The notes below the pieces were generated by a model. That model had not been told where the DNA came from and ran no database searches. It saw only the letters and a program-made list of their open reading frames with translations. Positions 50,828 through 61,802 of a stretch of 64,000 nucleotides of DNA are shown here, in pieces. Each line of letters starts with the position of its first letter. The stretch's first letter is position 1. Made by a program: the position numbers and the translations under genes. Source of the DNA: Macrostomum lignano (taxonomy: Eukaryota); the NCBI GenBank assembly GCA_002269645.1, contig NIVC01003208.1:1-64000 (forward strand), given 5' to 3'.

Positions 50828-53800
50828 CTGAATTGTCAATGACAGACTATAGAAGTCCCTGTATTTTCTTGTCATGCCAATCCAAAAAGACTTGATGTGC
50901 TCACAATAAACAAGCATGTGTAAGCTGCCCATTGTGAATGTAGTAAATAAGGAAGTTGACAAACTGATCAAATTTTCTGAGCACTGAATATAATTTCTGA
51001 CCTTGATATAATCTAATTAAACAGGATGCAATGAGACAAAGAAAAAGCTAAAGATTATCTGATAATCTAATCTAAATCTAACTCCTGGAAGACAAGACAT
51101 TATTTACAAAATCTATTGTTTTGCTTCTCATATTCAATGCTAAAAGGACAATGCATGAAGTCTGATATTTTAGACAATAGACAAAATTTATTGGTTGGAT
51201 AAAGGTTGGATCAAAAAGACTGTCTTCAGATTTATTATAAATAGACCTACCTACTAACAGACCATTTTAGTCTCATATGGACTATAATATAACTAAGTAG
51301 ATTTAACAACATCATAATAAAATATTAGAGCAGCTGGTCTAACAGGTAGAAAATGGTTATTTGTAGACTCATAACACAGTCTCGTGCAATATCTATAGTC
51401 ATCAATAGTCTATGGTTTGAGTAGACCAACACATGATGCCATAGACTAGTGAACATTAATGAAAACTGTCTATGGGCCAAATCAATTTATTTTTCAAGAA
51501 GGCAGCAATTAAACTTGCATACTCCCAAAAATTGGCAAAATAGATAAAATCAAGTATATCAATCATTTAATTATTTATATTGGAAGACAAGACTGGCAAA
51601 GAACTCAACAAGTGCTTATAAGCAAAGTATGATCCCAATGTGCCATCAACTGAAAGTTCTAAACTTCTTAACTACCAAGAATAGGATAAGTTATGACCTA
51701 TACTTAGGCTAAAGCCTATATCTAGCTAAGACAAAATGACTCAATATGAGTTCACATCCTTAGTTGTCATAGTATGAAATTATTATGACTGTCATTAGTG
51801 ACTAGTATGTATTAAGCTCTTGACTTGCTTATATTCCACTATCAATATCTAGAAGTAGCATCAAGACAAGCCACCCATAGAATGCTACTGCTATATAACA
51901 ATATGCTAGTGCTCTGACCACATATAGTAATTGCTGTCATTTGCAACTAAGCAGCTTAACAATCCTGCTTATAGTCTAGACTTTGACCTTAGTAGTAGTA
52001 TAATAATTAAAAAATAATAAAAATGAGATAAATACTAAAATACTTACAAGTGGTACAAGATGCAAAACAAAGACCTAATTTTCAACATAAGCTACTGTTG
52101 TGCCTAGGTGCACTTGTACCAATGAGCAATCTCTGGCTCTTGGTCAGGTGGGCCAGGCATTGCACTCTAAACCCTCTACTGCATTCATATAACTCAACCA
52201 ATTTCATTATGTCTAGCTATAGTATATTTTTTATTAAGCCCTGATTGGCTAGATTGCCTATCCTACATCCCCAATTTACACAAATTATGATTTGCTATTG
52301 ATATGCATATGCATGCAATTATGCTAGCCAATCTGTGGTTAGAAAAAGCTTTTTATGGTTCTAATCCTTAATCTTAAAGGTTTGGGGTGTGAGTTGAATG
52401 AAAAAATAAGTGAATTTAGGCCTACTTACTATATTTAATTTAGACATGTCAGACTACTTGATAGTAGTCCTTAAATTTTTATCAATAAACAGATAAACTT
52501 AAAGTAAATTTAAGTAAAGCAAGGAATTTAGCTTTAATCAATTATCATATAGTCCATTTTAATTTTTACCATACTATGTAATTACAGACTAGCTGTCATG
52601 TTAATGAAATGCTATGTATAAAGATATATAAGCAATTATTCTATTAGTAATAAGGTCACAGTATATAGCTTCCTAAAACATAAAGCTTTTACAAGACTCT
52701 AGCTTGAATGTTTACCCTCAAAAATAAAGGTAAATAAAATACTAACTAATATATTTTTCATATGACAATTTTTGATTTTGTTTGCTTATATACTTGATTT
52801 ATTTAATTAGTTGGTTTTGCCTATCTATATATTTTTCTAAGTTTTTTATGCAGCTTACAATTAGAATTTCTTATACAATGGTATTAGCTATACTAGAAAT
52901 GTATATACTTTAGCCAAGGTCTATTTTTTACTTGCAAACCCTACCTATGTTTCCTTTTAGAAAGTTACTGAGTTCATGGGCAGATAAAAAAGCATTGGCC
53001 AGCTAATGCACCCATGGTAAAATATTAATAATATTAATACTTAAAGCCTATTTATCTACTAAGCATATTTTAATTGTGGTTGTCAATGTACCTTATTGGA
53101 TCAAGTGAGCATAATAAGTAGTTTACTTATTTTACTATTCCATTTAACCAAAAGTGCTGACCCAACAAGAATCAGTTTGACTCAGATAAAATCTAAGTAG
53201 ATATCAAGTATTATATTTCATTCATATTTCAAAGCAGTCTAGACTGATAAAATTGATAAGGTGTTCTTTTTAACCATTAAGGACAGTTAAAAAATAGAAT
53301 TTTAAAAAGGAATCTATTTTGCTTATGCACTTACTGTTTTGCATTTCCTACACAAAAGAAGAGGCTATTTTACATATACACTTACTTTTTTGCATTTTCT
53401 AGTTCTATACTTATGAACCCTCTACTAATGCTCAAATATTTTAAAGAATTTCTAGTATATTTATAAAAGCATTTTTGGTATTTTTTATTCACTTTTTTAT
53501 TTTTTATCAGTTTGTAGCACTGTTGGATAGACAATTAAAGCTACTTAATAAAATTTATTATACAGAGAGATTATACAAAATAGATTATCAAGAGTCTGAT
53601 TTGTTACGTTTATAGACTTTAAAAAATCAGCTAGTGCCATAGCTCTAGGTCTTTAGATTAGATTTAATTATTTGCTACATAAGAATTTTTAGCTTGTGCT
53701 AGGGGTGTTCCCATACAATACACAATACTACCGCTGTAACCAAAGTTGTCGTAGGGCTTACTTCTGTCCTCCAACTATCCCACAGTTAAGCCACCAAAGT

Positions 53801-53964
53801 TGTGACAGGCCTTTCAGCTTTCTCTAGAAATTATCCTACTAATTGCCACCAACTGTGACAGGTGTATTTCTTCTTACTAAAATTTCTATTACTGACACTA
53901 AATTCTGCCTTAATAATTCTAACTGTTTTCTTAGAATATTTTTCTGGGTATCATTCTCGTAGTA

Positions 53965-54065
53965 TTTGGTCTGGTAGCGTTCTTAGTATATGGTCTGGTA
54001 GCATTCTTAGTATATGGTCTGGTAGCGTTCTTAGTATATGGCCTGAGCGGTCTTACTAGTATATG
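53965..54065. repeat. 24-bp repeat, ~4 copies
   Basis: ATATGGTCTGGTAGC(G/A)TTCTTAGT. Confidence 0.8.
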
Positions 54066-55995
54066 TACTTTCTCTCTCCAGTCTGGGCATTACCGAGATT
54101 AGAGGGTCACAGCGATCACTCTTAATACTGCTTTTGCATGAACTCCCGATTTTTCTCTCTCTATTCTTTAGTACACTTTCTTTGAAACACTCTTAGAATC
54201 TCTTACTGGTACAATGAATAATGCTTTGAAGATCTGAGAACATGTATTATTGAACTAGCTATAACGATTTAATTTGCAAGAGCAAGTTGACTTCTTCTTC
54301 CCTAAACTTTGCTCCTATTTATACTAATTGTGACGAGTATATTTAAACAAAAGGCTATTATTCCAGAACATTTAGAAAAGTAAAACAACATAAAAAATTT
54401 TACACGTACATTTGAAATAAAGCCTTTCTAGGAAACCCTACCATAAGCAAGTGCTTTTCATAAAAAAATATTTGCAACCTAAAAACACATTTGGATATAA
54501 TTTTTATCACTATATATGATCATGCTCCAAATCATTATGCTTTGATTCATAGAGACAAGATTGATAAGCAACCACTAATGCAAGCAGAAAAATACCAAAT
54601 TGTCCCAACTAATGAATACTAACATAGGTAGAAATATTTGCAGAATCATCAAATATATTCTACAAAATAACAGGCCTAGTAGTATATATCCAGTGCTTCC
54701 TAGTAAGACTTTATTTGAACATATGTTGAAAGTCATTCCTTGCTAGGCTGCTTCTACTTTGCAGTTAAGAAATACCAGGTACAACATTTAGACACTATTA
54801 GAACCTGTCTTCAATATTTAGAAAAGCAGGTTTGCAAGCTTAAAGGCTTCATTGAAAATTTCTAGCTAAGCAAGAGAGCTTATAAATCTTATTTGAAATA
54901 TTATTGTATTGTAGATATTCAAGGCTTATGTTGAAAACCACACCTTGCCCATCTTTTGCTCTTTAGTCAAACAAGATGAAATTTAGATGCTAATAGAAGT
55001 TTCCTTAACATATGGAAACAAAAGTTTGCAAAGTTTAAAATGAACCTTTTCTTAATACAAGTTTTTACCATGCATTTCATATTATATTATATTAAATTTC
55101 ATATAAAAGTATATTCTTTTTGTAAACATTTATAGTAATGTTTTATTTTTTCTCCATTTTATCTATAAATAAAGTTTTAATAAGAAAAATTTATCATCAC
55201 TATAAAATTTTTTGTCACTTTAAATACATATTGATAATTGACTTATGTTTTTTTCTATGAAATTTATTCCAAAGAACTTTATTTGAAATAAATTTTAATT
55301 TTAAAATAGGTCTATAAATAGCAATAAAGTCTTAAAAAAACTGCCAAGTTTCTTTTAAGGGCCTAACTTGTCTTTAATATTTATCAATTTTCAATGATTT
55401 CATAGACAAGAATATAAATATATAAGGGTCTTATTAAGTGGGCAGTTGTGATGCCTAAAGTAAAAAAGACATAGACCCTATTTGATTTCATCTTATATAG
55501 ATGATTTCTGACAAAGTTCAAGGCTTAATTTTTTTAAACAACTCATTGAGATGCTGATTACTTATATGCTTATACCCAGTCAACCTAGCTAATTTGGCTA
55601 GGTAGCAAGAGGTCTAGCCAAGTTAAGTTGCAAAATGCTGACCCAAAAAAATTATATGAAAAAGAGGAAAAAAGCAAGAAAAGAAAGAAAAACAAAGGTA
55701 GAGAAAGAGAAAAAAGGGAAAAAGGCAAAAACAGAGACTATATAAGTCAAAGTATTACTCTGAATCATTCATGCCCAACACCCGTCCAACCTGTCTGAAC
55801 TAGACAGGTGAAATGGCTGCTGGCCAAGGTAAGTCACAAAATCGAAAACGCAAAAACCAAAAAATTGGGAGAAGAAAGAAAGGAGAGGAAGAGAAAGGGA
55901 AAAGAAATGAGGGAGAAGAGAGAGGGGGGAAGAGGAGAAAGAAAGAAAAAGAAAAGAAAAGAGAAAAAGGCAAGAAAAGTCATATACAAAGTGAA

Positions 55996-56150
55996 AATTA
56001 AGTTGCAATCGGGAGGAACTAAGTCGCAATCGAGAGGAACTAAGTCGCAATCAGGAAGAACTAAGTCGCAATCAAGAGGAACTAAGTCGCAATCGAAAGG
56101 AACTAAGTCGCAATCGAGAGGAACTAAGTTGCAATCGAGAGGAACTAAGT
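55996..56150. repeat. 21-bp repeat, ~7 copies
   Basis: AACTAAGTCGCAATCGAGAGG. Confidence 0.9.
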
Positions 56151-57187
56151 TTTTTTAAGCATTTTTTTCTGTAGGTTTAATTTAAGTTTGTTTAAAATGA
56201 AAATATTCGTAATATTTGAAAGAATTTTTGTACAAAAAACCTTTCTTAGAAAACTCTACTCCTGAAAACCGAATGACCTTTTTTTAGGAGGAATTTTTGG
56301 TGTACATTTTAGGGAATTTTTTTGTTTTTGGTGTACACTGGCGTACATTTAGCTGAGATAGGATTCTTGTTCCGGCATACACTACTACACAATCCAAACC
56401 GTGGTAACCAATAAGCCTAACTACCTGGTTGGCAGTTAGAAAGTGATAGCCATCTCTTGTCTACACTTTTAAAAAACATGCCACCACCTTTTTACTGGAG
56501 AGACTGAGTGGCCAAAAAAGTTTTAAAATGATATATTTTGCTTTGAACAAACTTAATTGTTTTATTTTTAATATTTTAATAGCTTATTGCTATTGCTATT
56601 TGCTAAACAAAAAGCAAACTAAAACTAAAGGCATAGGCCTAGGCCTGTCTACACATGGCCATTAGCTGGCATAAGGAGAAAAAGCTCAACAAAAGCATGT
56701 TTTGACTTTGACTCGCTTCATACCATAGACATAGTGGCATAGTCCATAACCAGATTAGGTCTAGTTTTTGAAACTTTATTAACTCCTATATAGCTAGTGT
56801 AATATGCAACCACTATTTCTCTTTGAAGCTTGTATATGAAAGTTAGTCAGGGGTTGTCATGTAATAAATATACTTAATCCGTTAATCGTAGGCCAACAAT
56901 GACGCGACGGACGTCGAGTCGGTCGAAATCGGAACCTTCGAGTTCGAGGAAATTAAAATTCAACAGTTTCTGAGTTGTGATTCAAATGCGCGCCACAACG
57001 GAATGTATTTAAAAGAGCTGCCAATCAAACTTTTAGTATAAAAATTATATTTAAAGAAAAGCTAATTTGATTTTTATTTATAGGTAAAAATAACTTTAGG
57101 CAAAACAATAAAACTGTTCTGTTTAATCGATTTCAGAGGCTGATGCATACAAATGCTAACCAGGGACTACTACAACGTGACTTACAT

Positions 57188-58520
57188 GAACTACGTCCAG
57201 TCAGTCGCTCTTTACGGTGCCAGCGCCTGGATGACCATCGCCTCGGAGAGCTGCTGCAGGGAAGTCGAAACCGTTCACAATTCGGCGGCCAGAGTTATCA
57301 CCGGATGCTGCCGCTCTACGCCTACCAACGCTCTTCTTGCTGAAGCCGATATGCTCCCCCTCCCGACCCTCGCTAAGGCTGCGGCCGCCAAACTCTTCGA
57401 GAGGGCCGCTCGGCAACGCCAACCGACTCCTCTCTCCCGCCTCGCGAACAAGACACCGCCTCGACCGCGCCTTCGTGCCCACGGAAGACAGGGCGCCTTC
57501 CGTCAAGACTGGCGAGGTAAGGCTATCAACGCCTCCACGGACGCTGGCCTTATCGACGCCCCACGCGCCATGGATACCCTCGCCCCGCCACCCTGGTCTG
57601 ATACGTCCAAAGTGTCCATCTCTTGGAACACGCGAAGACCAACTCGAGCAGGGAGGACCCGCCTCACATCCGTTAGACCAACTCCCGGCTGCGGACGTCG
57701 AGATCTGGACGGATGGCTCGACCAAGGACGGCACCCACGGCGGCGGCGCCGGAGCCGTCATTGTCCAGAACCGGACCGTGGTGGACAGGATCACCGGCCC
57801 GGCCGGAATCATCACCTCCTCCTTCCAGGCCGAAGAGGGAAGCCCTCCACCTCGGCCTTGCAGCGGTCCTTCGGATCTACTCTAACCACATACCCGACCG
57901 CATCAGGTGTCTCACCGACTCCCAGGCGCTTCTCCGCTCCCTCCAGCAAGGCCCTGCGAAAGCGCGCTCTCCGGGCTGCTGTACGATCTGGGAACTCCTC
58001 GTCTCCATCTCGGCCTCCACGCACGTAGATCTTCAATGGGTGCCAGGACACGCTGGGCTCCGCCTCAACGACCTGGCTAAAATCAGCCTGGCCGCGGCTA
58101 AAGCGGCGATCGATCGATCAGCGAAGTCCCAATTCACCGCGGTCTACCGAGCGGACCCGCACTGCATCACTCACCGCCTAACCACCGGGGACGACGCCAA
58201 AATCAAGAGATCTCTCCCCAGACATGACGAGATCTCCCTCGCCCAACTCCGAACTGGTCACTCCCCCTTGCTCCAGCAGTACCGTCACCGCATTGGCCAA
58301 GCCGACAGCCCTACGTGCCCGCACTGCGGCGAAGCCGATGAGGACCTGGAGCACCTGATCAAGGTTTGCCGCTCTCACCAACAGGCCAGAGACCGGCACC
58401 TTGGCGAAAACCCGAGCCTCCAGACGCTCAGCAACATCAGCAGGCAGGTGATAGACTTCTTGAAGAAGGTCGGGGCTCAGACCCGCCCCCCGGACTGACC
58501 GGCCGGAAATAACAACAACA
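57188..58520 (+). mobile_element. 5'-truncated non-LTR retrotransposon (RNase H-bearing, I/Ingi-like), frameshifted
   Basis: RT C-terminal region (LYGASAW...ARVITGCCRSTPTNALLAEA); RNase H (IWTDGS, SSFQAE, CLTDSQA, LQWVPGHAG); C-terminal LAQLRTGH...CPHC...EDLEHL; (AAC)n tail; TSD ACAACGTGACTTA(C/T)AT at 57172-57187 and 58521-58536. Confidence 0.9.
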
Positions 58521-58639
58521 ACAACGTGACTTATATCTCAGTGCATGTTTGTTTATTCACCGAAATATTGTAATCTTGATTAAAAATAAACAAAGTTGTT
58601 ATTAGGCCGTTTCCCGCGTCCCTAGTATTAAGTAGTCCG

Positions 58640-58900
58640 GCCCTGACCGCAAAGCGTCGGATACGCGTCGGACCCCATACGGATAAATACGGCAAGCTGA
58701 AGGAGCGCCTGCTCGGCACTTTTAGCCTCGCCCGGCAGCAGGGAGCCAGCCGCTTGCTCCGCGGGTCCGGCTTGAGGATCGCCAGACGTCCGATCGAGTG
58801 GTGGCCCTGCTAGGCGAACACCGGCATTGCCTGCTATTCGAGTGGACATCCGGATGGCGCTCGCTTCCGCCGACTTCGAGGACCCCCCGGGCATTTGATG
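58640..58900 (+). mobile_element. Degenerate Ty3/Gypsy gag fragment (Mag/CsRn1-like)
   Basis: Three frames read DKYGKLKERLLGTFSLARQQGASRLLRGSGL / EDRQTSDRVVALLGEHRHCLLFE / DIRMALASADFEDP, resembling metazoan Gypsy gag as recalled; not database-checked. Confidence 0.6.
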
Positions 58901-59164
58901 CAAATAATTGAGCTCAGTGCATGATTTTGTCTACACAGTTATATGCATGTGGATGTGCTAGCGTATCTTCCCTCAAATCATAGTAAGTTTTGTTCAACGT
59001 TTGAATCAGCTACTAGTTGTTTGGCTAGGTCAAATAAAAAATTCAAATCCAAATAAGGACATCGACATGGATTGGCCAAGGGCAGGAAAATTGTACTTTC
59101 TATTGGTTTCGATCAGAGGCAGATCATCTGTCATGCCAAATTTGCTAGCTGAAATATGTGAATT

Positions 59165-61145
59165 TGATGTAACCGCCCTTGAGATGACCGTCCGCTCCGC
59201 GGGGAGGCGAACGTATGACCCTAAGGGGCAATGACCGTAGGCCGCATATGACCGGGCAATGACCTGACGGACCTCTAGCACCAAACTTTCCCGTCCACAT
59301 GATTGGTAGCTTTGTAGCGCTTTCGTGACCAGAGGGCCAAGGACCAACATGGACCCCACCTGTAGGTGCAATAATTGGTCACTCGGTCATTGTGACCGAG
59401 CGGCTGCCACCACTCTATTTGTCCTGGCGCATCTAGAGCCCCGTCTGGATTGGTTACCAGGGGATTTAGGCTAACAGGGGAGACGCACAGGGACTCTGCT
59501 TGGGGCATATTCGGGAACTCTGGGCTTAATCTGGAGGATTTCTCAGCAGGGGATCCTTTGTGGTTGTGAACGGTTTCAATTACTAAGAGTAGTGTGAGAC
59601 GAACATGTACTAGCTATAGTTTAGATTGCTCAGGGCGAAGGGACGCGTAAGCATGGGGTTGCAACGTTCCTACTGCCATTCTGTGCCATGACCCGCTAAT
59701 TCCCTCTACTGCACGCACACACAGGCGGGCTTTGCGCGGGGAGAGGCCATTAGCTTACCCAAACTTCATTATGCTTTGCCGGAGAAAAGGCTCAACAAGC
59801 CATGAGGGAAATGATGGTGAAGATGTGAAAAATGAGGAGTTTAGTATTAAAGGTTAGTAACTAGGCCCTTAGGCAAAATACAATAAACAGGCAATTAGGC
59901 GGCTTCACTATTGAGTAAAAATACAGCAAAGATACGGTAACACAATTGGCTCAGCTCTCTAATCAAGCAATGGGAAATAAGCAAACCCCGGATAAGCAAA
60001 GACAATTAAAGCACAAATTACTTTAATAAATAAGTAACTTTAATTAGTGAGTACAGGAACTCACCGGCAGCTGCACAGTTGATGCTGGAGCGACGAGGCG
60101 CTGATGTAGCTCAGTTGATGCTGAGGATGCTGGGCGGTATCAGACCGCGGGCCGGCAGATGAGCTCGCCTGGGGAGCTTGGGAACTTGGCGGTATCGGAC
60201 CGCTGGCCGGCAGATGAGCTCGCCTGGGGAGCTAGGGAACTTGGCGGTATCGGATCGCGGGCCGGCAGAGATTCGTCCTTGACGAATGGGGGGTCAGATC
60301 AACGTCTGACGGCAAGTCCAAAGATAGGACGATGAGAAAACCTTCTGATGATTCTCACGCCGAAAATCACTTCCTTAAATAGTCATCACAACCGCCACTC
60401 CAAGGTCGTTTCCATGATTCCCTCTCTCTGATTGGCTGCCGGGAAAATGACGTCAGAATGAGCCATGATGAGAAGCATGAGAACGGCATAGCAACATGAG
60501 AAATGGGAAAATTGCGCAATCCGGAGGAGGGGTGGGGGATAATGAGCACAGCGGGGGTCGAAGAAGTGTTGCGCAAGCAAACATTGAAAACAATGGGATT
60601 CAGACCGAGAACAAAGGAAATGGAAATCGGGGATAATTGGGGAGAACCGAGAACAATAGAAAAGTGGGTGTCACATGAGAAATCTTGAGAAGAGAACAAT
60701 AGCATGAGAAAAGGATGCATGAGTCATCGGGGTGAAGGAGGGGTCAGAGGCCTTGCGTCACCGCTTGGGATTCTAAAAGGAGATGGGGCGACGGTGAGCA
60801 CAAGCATTACTGTAAGTAAGCACGGGATGAGAAGGGGACAGCGCAAGAAAAACGGGCTAAAACATGGTGAGAAAGATGAGGAATGCGAGTAGTAATGATA
60901 CATGCGTGGGGCGCGTGAAAAATGGGGAAGGCAGACGAGGTGCACGAGAAAAGGGGGCTCCGGAAAGGCGCGTGTGGCTGAGTGGGAGACGGAACCGAGA
61001 CAGCAGGGGGACGCAACGGGAGTCAGTTGGTCTGGTTAGGGACCTGGCCCAGTCTCTACAGCTCCGCCCGGTGGGTCAAAGGAGATCTGGGAGATTTCGA
61101 AAAATTTCCCTCACCAGATCCCGCGACCAGAGCGTGGTTACATCA
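59165..61145 (-). mobile_element. Probable solo LTR (~1980 bp)
   Basis: Termini TGATGTAACC...GGTTACATCA (TG..CA, 10-bp inverted), both flanked by AATT (59161-64, 61146-49). Minus-strand TATTTAAG near 60375 with ATTAAA downstream near 60025-60045. Internal ~57-bp direct repeats at 60130-60270; no long ORF. Confidence 0.55.
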
Positions 61146-61184
61146 AATTGTTATACTGTACAGCTTCATTGATAAGCTGAATGC

Positions 61185-61455
61185 TATCTGGGGGATGCTT
61201 GCGGTCTGGGGGATGCTTGCTATCTGGGGGATGCTTGCTATCTGGGTTATGCTTGCTATCTGGGGTTGCTTGCTATCTGGGGGATGCTTGCTATCTGGGG
61301 GATGCTTGCGGTCTGGGGGATGCTTGCGGTCTGGGGGATGCTTGCGGTCTGGGGGATGCTTGCGGTCTGGGGGATGCTTGCTATCTGGGGAATGCTTGCG
61401 GTCTGGGGATGCTTGCATGCTGTCTGGGGATGCTTGCATGCTGTCTGGGGATGCT
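61185..61455. repeat. 18-bp minisatellite
   Basis: GCTATCTGGGGGATGCTT / GCGGTCTGGGGGATGCTT. Confidence 0.9.
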
Positions 61456-61802
61456 TGCTCTCTTGGGATGTTTTCTTTTTAGAGGGAATGTCTGTTGTTT
61501 TTTGAAGGCTTTATTTCGCTGTCTATTTGTTACTTGTAAAGAACAAAGATTCTATCCAGATGTCCCCCATCGGGGGGGGGGGGCGAAGATTGCTAGTTGA
61601 TAAGCTGAATTTCTCAATTTTATTGTCACAGAGTTTTATTCCTGGGTTTGGCAACAGCAAATAAGGCAGACTGGCAGCGCAAGAGGCCTGCAGAGTTCAT
61701 TGAGACTTATCGTTTCTCAGAAAACATTTTTGCAACTTCATACGAGTACCCACGGTCAAATGTGACCCTGCTGAGAGCAAAAGCGGAAATTATTGAGTTT
61801 CT

